A stretch of DNA of 64,000 nucleotides from Vicugna vicugna (taxonomy: Eukaryota), in assembly GCA_013265495.1 (NCBI GenBank), contig MU058531.1, positions 62,001 to 126,000 of the forward strand. Direction: 5' to 3'. Shown here piece after piece: positions 12,422-25,600 of this stretch. Within the stretch, counting starts at the first letter, position 1. Each line of letters starts with the position of its first letter. Made by a program: the position numbers and the translations under genes. The notes beneath the pieces were generated by a model. That model saw nothing but the letters and a program-made list of their open reading frames with translations, searched no databases and had not been told where the DNA came from.

Positions 12422-12920
12422 TTAGCGAGAGTGTTCAAAATCGTCCTCAGGCAGGCCCCATGCTTCCACCAAAGTACTGCGGAGAGCTTTATGAGCAACT
12501 CTGATCACGCTCAAGTGACCTGACTTGGCTACCGTGGTTTACAAGCAGACAGGCTTATGATATGAATGGTTGGCTGCCCTTTTCTTAATAGGAACAAAGT
12601 AGCATGGCTATTAATGGGGGAAAAAAAAATTTAAATGCCTCTAGATATCTGGACAAGAATGGAACAGGGGAAACTGTTGAAGTTTTCCAGAACCTTCTTT
12701 CAAAGCTGCCTTATTTTAAGCACAAGCATCAAGAATTAAACATCTCAGTGCTTCATCAAGGGCAGGAGATCAAGTCTGAGCTCCAATCCCATAGATTCTT
12801 GCACCAGGCTGGTGGGTTGGCATAAAAAAAAAAAAAAACCAAAAAAACTAAATGAACAGCCGGGGTGGAGAGGTTGCCTTGTCTTTTAATCACTACTGCT
12901 CCTAGCTACTCAGTCTCTAC

Positions 12921-13097
12921 CTTGATGCTACCGCAGATCCTTGAAGGCCAAATCGCTCATAGTCTCCTCCGTAAATGTCCTTCACCAGCTTATCAACATT
13001 GGTGCTGTCGCCTTTAGCTGCCATTTCCAGAGCTTCTTCAAAGGTCTCACAACCAGTCAGCAAGCAACATAGGCCTAGGAATGTTCCACCTCCAAGA
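12921..13097 (-). CDS. PANK1: PANK1 exon 4 ([16 protein letters not shown]...GSAVAS)
   Basis: Acceptor cttcAG and donor AG|GTAGAG; 177 nt, phase 2-2. Contains the LGGGTF and [12 protein letters not shown] motifs. Confidence 0.97.
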
Positions 13098-13430
13098 CTG
13101 AAGGAACAATAAGGTTTATTTTTAAGTTTTACTTTAAGAGATGCCCATCCAAGTCCCCAACTACATCAAGACCATGAATATGGGTTAAAAAAAAAACAGG
13201 AGAAAAACAAAGGGGCACTTGAGTTTAAGTGCTGGGTGAAAAAGAGCTTTAGGGTAGACTGGATTTAAAAAAAAAGAGGGCAGAGACTAAAAGAAACATC
13301 AAGGAAAATTTGCCCTGAAATTGAAGAATAAAACCAGGGAAAGACTCTCACTGCTTTCTGTTGTGAGACCTTCAACTAGCTATTGACCTAAGTGCTTCAT
13401 GCAAACTTTCCACCTATAAAATGGGGCCCA

Positions 13431-13530
13431 GGGGGTGTTGATTAATAGCTCAGTGGTGGAGCGCATGCTTAGCATGCATGAGGTCCTGTGTTCAATCCCC
13501 AGTACTTCCATTTAAAAAAAAATTATTTAA
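13431..13530 (+). mobile_element. tRNA-derived SINE (Vic-1-like), short-tail form
   Basis: A box TAGCTCAGTGG, B box GTTCAATCC, A-rich tail, degenerate TSD AAAAATGGGGCCCA/AAAAAAGGGGTCAA. Confidence 0.88.
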
Positions 13531-15557
13531 GAAAAAAGGGGTCAAATCATGACCTATCTCCCTTATTTGGGGGTTCTGAAAGCAGCAAATAACCAGAGAA
13601 ATGACTACTATTAAAATATACATATATACATATATACAAATGTAGCTAAATCAAATATTTAGAAAAAGAAACTGTATACGTGAAGTGTAGTCCATATCTA
13701 TAGAGCCAAATTCTGTGATGACAAAACTGAACTGGGGCTCTGCCAGGAGCTGCCAGCCCAAAATCTGTCTTTCACTTGACCTTGCTTATCCGGCAGAAAT
13801 AATCTCAGTTAAGTGCCTCAGAAGTTTCAAAAAAGAAAACCACTGATGGGTCTCATATTGGAATTTTTCTAGTAAACTCTAGAAAAGGTTATCAGTATTT
13901 TACTTACCACTCAATAGTCAAAAAATAGTTAAAAAAAATCTTAAAATGGTTTCAATGCTGAAACTAAGTTTTAAAAGCTTTCAGCTGTTTGCAGGGAAAT
14001 TCCTTGAAAACAGTCTTTTAAGACAAAACTAGAAACCAAAGATGATAGCTGAAAGTGAACTCAATTGTCTGTTAATATCAAAGTTACCGGAGAGGAAGAA
14101 GAGCAGAATCAGAACAAAGCTGTCACCAGTGAACTCCTGGCACGAAAAAGAGCACTGATGGGTCTTACTCTCTGTACCACGGAGAAGGGTAAATGCACAC
14201 CAGTTTGTTCTGAAGCCCCAAGAGCTGCTAGCCCTGGGAATTCCATGTATTTGGGTACTGGCTTTTAATTCTAAGAGAAAATTCAAGTTAAGATTGAGGT
14301 TATTTTTAAAACTTAAATTTGAAAAAAGAAATCTAGGGAAAACTCTTTTTACTGTCAATAACCGGTAACAAGAAGGTACCAGATTCTAACTAGACACAGT
14401 TCTTTAAATCACATCTAAAGCATTAACTGTAATATTTCTTAATAGTGATTCTTGATTGAAATGATGGGTTCTCATGGAAAATTAGGTAGCTAGGCACCAC
14501 CAGTCACAGCTATCCAAATTGTAGGTGCAGCACCATGAGGACTAAAAGAGCTCTGTGGGCATTACTACCTTAACAGCTCAATCACAGGAGAAATTCTGAA
14601 TTTCCTTTAAGAAAGTTTGCCTTCATTTACTTTTAACATGGCGGGTCTTGATACATTGTTGGTTTCAGTCGACCCTACAAAGCTAGTGGTTTTAACGGGA
14701 ACACTTCTTGGTCTGAGTGCCATCTGAATCTGTCTTGTTTTCCTTCTGTATATTTTTTTAAAATTTCTGCTCATCTTTCTAGCTTCTATCTCTCATCCAC
14801 ATGAATAACCCTTCTTTGAACCTCAGGTGTTTGTATTTATCGAGGTGTTCAACAACCAACTCCAAAAATGGACACCTGAAGACACTGGCGGACTTAGAAA
14901 GAAGGCAACTCATCATCTGATGGGTTGGTATGAGTGAAAAAGGACAGGGGCTTTGTATGACTGGAAAATGACAGGTGACTCCAGACACAGAATCGGAGCT
15001 GAATGGGGAAAGCGGGCATGCACGGGCACAGCTGGGACACTGCAGAGAGGAGGAAAGAATGAACAGTCGCAGAAGAGCACTTTATTAACATCCTCAACCT
15101 GCTAACCATTATTTCATCTAGTGACTCTCTCACTCACAATCACATACATCTGTTTGTTTCAGCAGACACACAGCAAGACCCTTGGCAAATAAGGGTCCAA
15201 AACATCATTACTTTCAAAAAAAGAAAAAACCCAGCAACCTTGTAGTGAGGAATTTTAGGGAGAAGTACAAGAAAATCTTCAATTCCTGAATGCTCATGCC
15301 CTTAAAACAGATTCCAAAAGAATGAAATAAGCTGCACTGCTCATTTCATTGAAGTTTTAAACTTCTTTACATTCCTCTTTCAATAGATTACACATGCTAA
15401 CAGTGTCAGCTGTTAAGTCCTGTTTTTTTCATTGACTTCTATAATAAAATTGGAGTTGTCAGTAGGAAAAAAATGTTGCTACTAATTAGGATGTGATAAA
15501 ATTACATATAACACTGAAACGAACCATATAAAATCATATGTTTAAAAGAAAACTGAT

Positions 15558-15746
15558 CCTACTGTATGGCACAGGGAACATATTCAACTTCTTGTAATGA
15601 GCTGTAATGGAAAAGAAACTGAAAAAAATATATATGTATGTATATGTACAACTGAATCACTTTGCTGTACACCTGAAACTACCATTGTAAATTGACTACA
15701 CTTCAATAAAAAATAAGAATAATAATTTTAAAAATTCAGAGAAGAG
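15558..15746 (+). mobile_element. Short L1 3' end with TSD
   Basis: CTACTGTATGGCACAGGGAAC...CTGAATCACTTTGCTGTACACCTGAAACT...AATAAA; perfect TSD AAGAAAACTGAT at 15546-15557 and 15747-15758. Confidence 0.88.
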
Positions 15747-15952
15747 AAGAAAACTGATATTCTGTAATGATGTGGCTTCCTAAAAATAAAAGTGCTTATA
15801 TTGGGAATAGAGGGTCTAGGTGAATACCAAAAACCTAGTTACACCTGTCAGTTCACAATAGGAGCAGCAAAACTTAAAGCTTAAGCTGTTTGCTTAAAGC
15901 AGAGTCTCCCAAAGTGTGTTCCACACACTGATGTTCACTGCTGACCAAAATA

Positions 15953-16419
15953 CAGGCACACCTCATTTTACTGCGCTTCACTTTATCACACTTCTCCGAT
16001 GTTGCATTTTTTATAAATTGGAGGTTTGTGTATCCCCAAGTCTATGGTGCCTTTTTCCAACAGCATTTGCTCACTTTGTGTCTCAGTGTCACATTTTGGC
16101 AATTCTTGCAATATTTCAAACTTTTTAGTTGTTATTATAATTGTTATGGTGCTCTGTGATCTTTGATGTTACTGTTGCAAAAAAAAGATTGATTCCCTGA
16201 AGGCTCAGATGACAGCATTTTTTGGCAATAATGTATCTTTTTAATGGTACTTTTTTAAAGACGTAATGCTATTGCACACTTAATAGACTACAGTACAATG
16301 TAAACACAAATGTTATATGCACCGGGAAACCAAAAAATCTGTGTAATTCACTTTATTGTGACATCCACTTCATTGTGGTGGTCTGGAACCAAACCGGCAA
16401 TATTGCTGAGGTGTGCCTG
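15953..16419 (+). mobile_element. Internally deleted Tigger1 derivative (Tc1/mariner-pogo DNA transposon, Tigger1a-like)
   Basis: Perfect TIRs CAGGCACACCTC / GAGGTGTGCCTG flanked by TA on both sides; both ends resemble recalled Tigger1 termini. Confidence 0.9.
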
Positions 16420-17186
16420 TAGTTTAGATCAGTGGTTTTCTAACTTGGATTAAAAAAAAAAACCTTTGGTAGAACAATTCTGGTTGGACAAGGAGGGTGT
16501 GGGGCCCACAGACTTGATGTTTCATTCACCTCCCTGACCTTGGCAGTCCTGGAAAAGGCTCTCTATGAACCTTCAGTCTCCTGTAGCACATTTCCAAAAC
16601 TACTGCTTAAAGAGAGCTTATAAGGGAGCTTGGACATCCAGACAGGATTTATTGATGATTGCAAAGCACTGGTTAGTAACAGGTGTTTACCAGTGACTGC
16701 AATTTATAGGCATTACTGCACCCGTAACAGATGCCAAACACCACAGCTGGCTCATTAGCAGACGATGACCCAGACCCCTGGAATCTCCAAGTTCAAGAGA
16801 GACTAACTGTGATATAATTCATGAATTTGTTACGTGTTCATCAACAAAGTAATAACTGTCTCTAATTGTGGGGAACGTTTGCCTTGTTACCTTGGGGCTA
16901 GCTCTACCAACACAATTACTCCTTTTGGGAGGAAGTTTGTAGTTTCTTAAAAATTATACCTTTCTCAGGAGATCACTCTTAATGTTAAACCAGCTCAGCT
17001 GAAATCTTCATTTGTCTCTGATACTTCCGACAGTCCTGATGGGGCCCTGGGGCTAGCTGTGACTCTTCTGTGAGCAAGTGAGCTTAGTTCTGTTTGCTCG
17101 GTGGGAATGTATTGTCCAGTGGCAATTAACTCAAGCCACCAAAGCCTACATTCTGGACACGAGCAGGACCAGTCAGAATGTGTGTG

Positions 17187-17407
17187 CCAGGGTTTCTGAA
17201 CATCACTGCTATTAGCATTCAGGGCTCAATACTTTTTTGGTGGGGCTGGCCTATGCAATGGATGATATTTAGCAGTATCCCCAACCTCTGGTCACTAGAT
17301 GCCAGTGTCACCCCACCTCCAGTTGGAACCACCAAAAAATGTCTCCAGGCATTGCTAAACATCCCCTGGAGGGGCTCAACTTTCCCCTCCCCAGCAGTGA
17401 ACCACTG
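17187..17407 (+). mobile_element. MER20 (hAT-Charlie) DNA transposon fossil
   Basis: TTTAGCAGTATCCCCAACCTCT..CACTAGATGCCAGT...ACCAAAAAATGTCTCCAGGCATTGC..GAACCACTG. Confidence 0.85.
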
Positions 17408-18419
17408 ATCTATGTAGCCCCTTCACAAGCCATGTTAATACGGAAGAAAAGCAGTGCCCTCCCCCTCAGGGGTGAGCAGTACGGCAGAACGTCAGTGCTG
17501 GGAAAGCTGCAGAAACTAAGAAACAACTCACTCATGGCACGGACAAGGGTCTGGGGGCCCAGAGAAGTCACACGATTATCTCCATCTATCCAAAACAACG
17601 GTTTCAATATCATGTCCCAAAGCACCTGCTGCAAAACTAGTTTCTTAAGTTGTTCCTCCAAAAATTTTTCCGTGGTCCAAGAAGTTGAAGAAACAATTCA
17701 TACATAGCAAATCCTCTTACAAGTAAGGAAAACCTACCTAACTTTGTTTCCACTAGGACTTCTCAAAGACTTCTGACCCTGGGTCCTACTGACCCCGAAG
17801 CTGAGCCCATGTGCCCTTGGGGTGTGTATGCTAAGAAACAAGGCGCTCTGCCCAGCTGTGTGGTCGCGGGGCTGTTTTCCTGTTCACTACGCTCTCAGAT
17901 TCTCTGTGAGGAGTGCCAACTACTCCACTTTGCAGCTGGAGCATTTACCTGAGGGTAAAAAACACTCTGTGTAAATCCAGTTTAGCTCACTGACTGCAAT
18001 GACATTATTTCAAGCAATTTTCCCTGGACTAGGCACCCAGGTAGTTCCAAAAGAAGGTTTCCTCTGAAGCCCTCTCTGACCATCCCCAGCATCCTTCCCC
18101 CTGGATTCTGCTGTGCTTTTGGTCCCTGCCATTCGCCTGGCGCTTAGCAGGCACTGCCTTTGGGGAAACTTCTGGTATGTGGGACCCTTATTCCCTCAAT
18201 CTGACCAGTTTCCAGCAAGAGCGACGGCTGTGTTTTATTAACCTTTACATAAGTCACCCTGTGTAACATGTCCAATAAATCCTTTTTGTTTGGCCGAGGA
18301 GGGTAAGATCTTTCCTTTACAAATGTATTCAATGTAAATAACCTTTTGATAAACTGGTCTTCAAGCAAGAGGCCTGGGTTTAAGCAGAAAGAGTTTCTCC
18401 TAGTGGAAACCGCGTTTAC

Positions 18420-18673
18420 CTGGTCCCTGTAACTCTTTTATAGTTGTCCTTGGAGTACACGGCTAGGATGCTGACACCTGAGCCCATGTTCACCAGCAAC
18501 ATAGGGTATGGGTTATCGAGGCAGTACGGCTTTTTTTGACACAATTCGGGATTTGTGGGATTCTCAAAATAGTAACATTCCGGCTTGCCGTTGAAGCCCA
18601 CGGAGTCAACGTAAAGCAGGCCCTGAATCAGGCAGTCCAGTTCATCCAGCTTGTGGAGCTGCAGGTCAGCAAT
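18420..18673 (-). CDS. PANK1: PANK1 exon 3 ([18 protein letters not shown]...KRVTGT)
   Basis: Acceptor tttcAG and donor AG|GTAAAC; 254 nt. Contains the DELDCL and [12 protein letters not shown] motifs. Confidence 0.98.
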
Positions 18674-18974
18674 CTGAAAGAGAAGGAGACCTTGTGAGAG
18701 AGGCCGCCACCACCTCAGGGGAAGCCCCGCAGGCTTTCAGCTGGACTTCCCGTGTGTCATTAACACGAAAAGGACGGACACGTCCTTAGAACACTGCCCC
18801 GTTGTGCAATCTTGCTGACAGTCAGTCATTTCACTGGAAGAGCAGCCTCTGCCTGACCGCAGTGAGTGCCAGAGGACAGGACCCTGCTTGACGGCTGGCC
18901 AAGCACCCACTAGCATGGGGAGTGCCTGTCCCTGACAGATGGAGCCATGGCCTCATTTTCAGTACCTGTGAAGG

Positions 18975-19351
18975 TTACCTCATTTGGAAAAAAGGGTCTT
19001 TGCAGATGTAATTAAGGATCTTGAGATGAAGAGAGCATCCTGGATGATCCAGGTGGGCCCCTAAGTCCACTGGCAAGTTTCCTTCTGAGACACAGGAAAG
19101 ATCTGATAGACTCAGAGGAGGAGGCCACGGGAATTTGGGAGGCAGAGACTGGAGCACTACACCACGGGCCAAGGAAGGCAGCAGCCACCAGACACTGGGA
19201 AAGGCAAAGCATGGATCCTGCTCAAGGGTCCCTGAAGGACGTGTGGTCCTGCCAGCAAAACCTGGATTTCTACCTTCCAGCCTCCAGAACTGTGGCTGAA
19301 TAAATTTCTGGGGCTTTGATTCACTAGGTTTGAGGTATGAGAAACTAACAC
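18975..19351 (+). mobile_element. MaLR LTR (MLT1B/C-like)
   Basis: GGAAAAAAGGGTCTTTGCAGATGTAATTAAGG..CTTGAGATGA...CCAGCCTCCAGAACTGTG..GAATAAATTTCTG...AAACTAACACA. Confidence 0.82.
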
Positions 19352-21510
19352 AGCATACCACAGGGTGAGGAGAGTGCGAATGTTCTAAAAGCAGAAAGAA
19401 GCTTCCACTTCCTGGCAGGATATGAGGTCCTGGGGAGGCACAGTGAGCCTGGGAGTTGGGGACAATCTCCGGCTCTCCTTTTCCCAGGCCTGGCCTTTGG
19501 AGTTGGACCTGGCGTTGAATGCTAGCACTAATACTTGCTTAAGTGAGGGATGTGGGGCAAGCTACTTAACTTCTCAAGCCTCAGTTTCCTCCTCTGTAAA
19601 ATGGGGCCAACACCCACAGCATAGTGTTGTGCAGGTTATGTGATAGTAATATATGTAAAATGCTTACGCAGGGCTTGGCATGTACAAAGGACTCACAAAA
19701 TGTTGGCTCTTTTACTAATACCTGAGATGGTTCCAGAGTGCCCTTTAACACTCCTATGAAATAAAAACTCCTATTCTCCTAAACATAGGAGGAAAAAAAG
19801 CAAAGAGGAAGTGGGCTGTGGGCTAGCCTTAGGGCACAGTGGGCACTTTGTAGCCTCAAAAGTCTAACCTATGGTCCTCAAGAGTGATATTACTGCTGGT
19901 CCAAAAAAAAAAAAAAAAGAAAAAAAAAACAACCAAAATTTCTAACAATCACCAAATGAACAAAGATATTTATATGGTCTAACTTAAATATTTAAAAAAT
20001 TTCTTTAAGAAAATAATATCTAGTATTTTTTGCTTACTATAGGCCAAGCACTTGTAACAGACCATTTAATTCTCACAAAAACCCTATAAGTCGATACTAT
20101 TATCCTTACTGTATGGTTAAGGCTCATGGAGCTTAAATCAGTCTCCCCACGTGGTACAGCTAGCAAACGCCTCCCAATGACCCGCTGTTCTCCTTCTGTC
20201 TTCATTCATAACGAGGACTGCTTCTGGGATCTGGAAACCACCTACATAACTACTGTATGTAGACATTTTGCCCAAAAGGCATCATCTTCATTACAAAAGT
20301 TAACAGCTAGAAGAAAACTCTTGACTTTTTATCACTCATCTGAATTTCCCATTCAACAAAATCCACTGAAGCTACACTCGCAGAAGAGAATTAGTGAGAA
20401 GGGGTTAACCGGCAAGATGGTAGATGTGTTCTTGATACACAGAAATAATCATTCTAAATCACACTTGGTGATAAAGTAAATCTATCTCATAGATGATTCT
20501 ACACATTTCATTTTTTACCAAGTGAAACTTTTGGGTGAGATGCATGTAATTATTCACAGATTCAGGGGGTAGTCCTATAGTGTAAGACTATCTGGAGACC
20601 GAAAATACTACAGCGAGACAGCGGTGTAAGCGCCATCTTCTCAGTCCTCCCGGATTCCTCAGCCCTGCCCAGGTCTTCCACCGCATTCATGACATGGGGC
20701 GCATTCTAGCTTGTTTTCTGGTTCACTGGGTGCCCCTGAACACCACACTGGAACTGCTTACTAAACATTTGTTAAGTGCAACGGAGAAAGCTATCACCGC
20801 CTGGATCATCTCAAACTGGCTGATTTCGTCAGCCAGTCTTGGGACCACAGGTTAACCTGCTTAAAAATTAATCAGAGGTCCATCAACAATATTGACAGCA
20901 ATGCCCAGAACCAACATCACAGACAGGAACAGAGAGACAGTTTGTCCAGCTGGATATCCTGAAACAACGCTCAGGAAAAAGAAACACCTGTCAAGGCAAA
21001 TAAACAAAGCACACAGCTTTGCTCTGAACAGAAAGGCCGTGATTTCACCTTTCCCCTCAAAATCGCTTTCAAATAAAGGCCTAGCAGCAAACAAATATCT
21101 CTTCTACACATCTTACTGAGGGGGCGGCTATTGCTTGAAGTCTAAGGTCATGCATCTTCAAACTGGGAAACAGAAATATTAGTCACTTTCCTTGAGACTG
21201 AGAGAGACCCCCCTCAAAAGTCTTCCCCATCCAGGAAAAAGGACAGGCTCCCAAGTGTAAGCAGTGAGCGAGCTCATTTCTGGGGCTTTCTAACAGGCCA
21301 CCTGAAATTCAGAACAAGACTCTGGAGGTCTTAAGTAGAACTGAATTAACTTGGTGGAAAGCCTGAAACAGATCAGCATGTTCATACTACAGAGAAACTT
21401 TCTCTGGGCTTAGCTTTCTTTAAATTCGGGATAAAGCAGGTGCCTACAGGAAACAGTAGGAAAACACAAAAAAGGTAAGTTCCTTGACTAAACATTAAAG
21501 TGACAGAATG

Positions 21511-21575
21511 GAACTCTCTGTATTTTCTGCTCAATTCTGCTGTGAACCTGAAACTGCTCTAAAAGAATAAAGTCT
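21511..21575 (+). mobile_element. 65-bp extreme 3' tip of an L1 with 17-bp TSD
   Basis: GAACTCTCTGTATTTTCTGCTCAATTCTGCTGTGAACCTGAAACTGCTCTAAAAGAATAAAGTCT lies between perfect repeats ATTAAAGTGACAGAATG (21494-21510, 21576-21592). Confidence 0.8.
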
Positions 21576-21967
21576 ATTAAAGTGACAGAATGATGGGGAT
21601 TGTGACGCACAAGACAATCCTCACATTTAAAATTCACCTGCAGCCCCTGGTTGCCATGTGGTAATGGGGGCTCAGAGTGGCCAAATGACTCTATTTCTCA
21701 AGAGCCAGAAATCCAGATTTTTTTCTGAAATATCCCAATTTTAAGTGCTGACAGCTAATTTTAAATTTTAAAAATTGTTGAAGGCCGACAAAACACATCT
21801 GTGGGTTACATCTGACTTCCTACTATGAGGTAATCAATTCCTCCTAATTTTCCATACATTCTAATGTTGATCTCTACGATGGGTCTTAAATGGTGATAGA
21901 TCTGAAACATCAGATCCAGCCAACATGCAGATGAAGCTTCAGCTAATGTGAACATAACCTTGTAACC

Positions 21968-22165
21968 AAGGTGTGCTGGTAAATGTTCAAGAACCAGCCC
22001 TCTGGGCACAAAAGCCCTGGTTTATAGCTCCAATTTCCATGGTATAATCACCCCCATCGTGGCCAATTTCAAGTTACTAACACGATGTCACTAAACACAA
22101 GAGCTGGGAAGACGTGCACACAAGGGGCTCCCAGGAGCCAGCAGCAGCCGACGCCAGCACCCCTC
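21968..22165. mobile_element. MER63-like hAT element
   Basis: Termini GTGTGCTGG ... CCAGCACCC; internal GGCCAATTTCAAG; a related copy lies at about 47685-47870. Confidence 0.7.
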
Positions 22166-22476
22166 TGCTTGTAACTCCTTAGCGCTTTTGGAAAGAATGA
22201 GTTCTGCCAGTTCCTAAATCATTACGTTTAAACTACTCCCCCAGCTTAAAAACAAAAAACCAAAGCTGGCCCTGAGACCCAAACTCTGTAAATAATGGAA
22301 GTAGGGGAAAAAATAAAGTAAAAAGAAAAACCATTTTTTTCGAACTAAACTATGATAAAGTCACCCAAACAAGCATGTGTGGGGGTAGGGGGGTGTCTCA
22401 AATTTTATGTTCCATAGGGGTTGTTAAATCACAGATTGCTGGGCCCAACTCCCAGAGTTTCTGACTGCATTTCTAA

Positions 22477-22664
22477 TTTAATTTTTTTAAATCGTTTTGT
22501 CCAACTATTTTATTTTTTAATTATTTTTTATTTTTATCATCTTTTTGGGGGGGAGTAATTACGTTTATTCATTTTTTTTAAAAAGTGGAAGTACTGAGGA
22601 TTGAACCAAGGACCTCAGGCATACTAGGTATGTGCTCTACCACGGACCTATACCCTCTCCCCGC
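22477..22664 (-). mobile_element. tRNA-derived SINE (Vic-1-like) inserted in a MER5-type element
   Basis: SINE body plus 17-bp TSD TCTGACTGCA(T/C)TTCTAA at 22460-22476 and 22665-22681. Confidence 0.88.
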
Positions 22665-25600
22665 TCTGACTGCACTTCTAACAATATCCCAGGTGATGCT
22701 GATGCTGTTGGTCCTGGGATCACACAGATTTTGAAGCTGAAAGAGCAGGGATGAGTCTGTTACCACACCCTAGTACAGTGACAACAGGTGTTCCATAAAA
22801 TCACAGACTCTCCCTAGTAGCAGCTGCCCTAGCTAACTGCAGGGCTGTTTTCAAGAATCAGATGTGATGGCCATGAAAACGCTTTGGAAACATGAGTTAC
22901 ACGTGAGTTATAATTACATGAGAAGTAAAATAATTCTGGTCTTCTTATCTCAAGTGGAAAAACATTTGGAAACACCATTTCTAAACTAAAGACTCTAATT
23001 TCTCGAAAGAAATCAGTGATTCCCTGTAGGCCAAAATTAGAAAAACACACAGATTCTAAACACAAGGCATGTTTCAGATACAACTGTAAGAGGTTCCCCT
23101 TATATGCTTCAGCTCAGTCTGTCAAAAATCGCTAAATAAATAGCTAAATCAATCAATCTGGTAAAAACCATCATCCCAAGAGGCTCCATACCTACTCTCT
23201 ATGAGAATATTCTGTGGACCTACCCCAAACCAAAAGTCACTCCCCTGTGCTTGAGAAATGAGTCACTGAGTTGTTTTCCACAAAATGAATAAAACACACA
23301 TCTGTATGATACCTCACACTTCCCAAGGTGCCTTTGCTGACAGTGACTCCATAAATCATACTGAAAGTGGCATAAAAGGTTATCTGACTAAACCGAGAAC
23401 AATCTGCATATAAAATGGTTGATTCTGAATTATAAATTACACTCAGGGCTCTTCTCTCTCCACGCAGGAGAGCTAACAGAGACCTGAGAGAGATGCATTT
23501 CAAACACGTTCTGTGCGTGAGAAGAATAACAAAACCTCCAAGAGATGCCTTCTTCCTCCTGGCACCCAGTGATAAAAGGGGCCGGGCATGAACGGTCAAG
23601 AGGGTCAAACTAGAATGCAATGGAGAATGACGGTGTCTACCAAAGCTTGTACGTCTGCAATATCAAGAAGCAGTCCCCACATTAATAACAGGAGCCAAGC
23701 TGATAAGTGTTCTTGAATGGGCACTTAGATTTAGATCTTCACATCCACAATTACCCTATCCCCTCCTTATGATTTTTCACCCTTATTAACTTGATTTAGA
23801 TTGTGTCCTTGGAGATTTCTGGCTTAATGAAGGCTAATTTTTATGTTCTCACACCTTGGAAAACATGCAGTGAAAGCAGTAAGAAAATCTATTACTGTTC
23901 TCTATATCTCCTGTCAAGCAAATAAGATTGTTGCTATATCCTGCTTGTTTAGGAGGCAGGTCTTTGGTTTTTTCTTCTTTTTTTCTAAATAATTAAGAGT
24001 CACTCCTAACTTCTAATAAATGTTAGTCTTGTACTGAACAAAACTCACAAGGAAAAGTACCTCTTGTAAGGAAGAGCTAAGTGGACAAAAAGGATGATTT
24101 TTTTCTATAAAATTTCTAGTGTTAAAATACTTTGCATTCGAAAGAGGACTCTTGTTGAAGTTAGGAGGTGTAGTTGTGAACAAAAATATTAGACTTGGTA
24201 CATAAAACATTCTGGTAGATATGTATATGCACTGTGTTATTATTTGTCAGATTGTTTACTACATATAGTACTATAGATTGATCCTTCAACTTCCCATTCT
24301 GGAAGAGGGAAGAGCTTGGAAAGTCTACACCTAAGGGCCTTAGCACTTACTGTTCCCTCTGCCTAAAATACTCTCCCCCCTAGCAGCCTGGTTTGTTTGA
24401 TTACTTCTTCTGGTTCCTGCTCCACTGGGAACACATCACACAAAGACCCTCCCAACTCCTCCTATGCTCCCAAACTTATAGCCGTTTGATATATTCTATA
24501 TTCACTTATTTGATTACTGACTGGCTGGCTCCCTGCACTAGAATATAAGCTCCAGGAAGGCAGGGGCTTTGTTTTGCTCATCATAGTACTTGTTGCATAC
24601 AAAGAGCACGATGAATACTTGTTGAGTGAGAGAATGAATGCTTAGGAATGAGGATGACAAAACCTATTCATCCTCACAAACTCTGGAAGGATAAGGGCAG
24701 GTCACTGAGTGTACTGACAAACAGGCTACAGGAAGAGAGCTATCTTCTTCAATTCTGTCTGCACTTTGGCCAAGACTGAGCATGGAAACAGAAGGCAGCC
24801 CAGATACCTTCTTTTATAGATGGCCAGACTGTTTTGCAAACACCCTGGTCTTGCTCCCCACACCAGTCTGTTCACGCGGCTCCAGCAACCTGCCTGAAGG
24901 AGCAGAAGCTTCTCTATCTGGGTTGTAACAAGATATGACATTTCTCAGTTCAAACCCTTGAGAAACACACTTGCTTGTGGCCAACAGATATTGAGTAACT
25001 TTCTTCCAGGACATTTCCCCAGCGGAGGGACATGGAGCTCCTGATAAAGCTGGCGTAAGTGCTCCAGGTCACCTCGGTTCATTTCAGGCTCCCACATGGA
25101 GACGGACACAGAGGGTGTCCTTGAGGGAACTGGGGAGTTCACAGCACTGGGGGTTGGTCAGCGTTTCCTGAATCAGAATGGAGCCGACACCCCGGCTCTA
25201 ACCTAGGGGCACTACTGGCTCCTCTTCATCTCTCTTTAGCTTTAGTTTCCTTATCTGTTGTAGAAATCTTACTGCCAGCTTCTGAAGATAGTGAAACTGA
25301 GACCCAGAGGAGGGACATGTCTTGTTCAAAGTCACCCAGCTAGTTAAATGCAGAAGCAGGACTAGAATTCAGGGTTAATGCTTTTCCATTTATACACCTG
25401 CATTTAATTTTCAAGTCCCTGGATCTCAACCTTCTCCGTTTCAAAACTCTTTTGATCACTGGGTCCCTTCGGTGGGAAAAAGATCTCATGAATCATTTAA
25501 GTAAGTGGCAGTGTCAAAATCTACTGCTGGGGAGGGAAAGGGGACACAAAAGGAAAAGCCAAAACCTGAATGTAATCAATCTCACTTCAGATAATACTCT

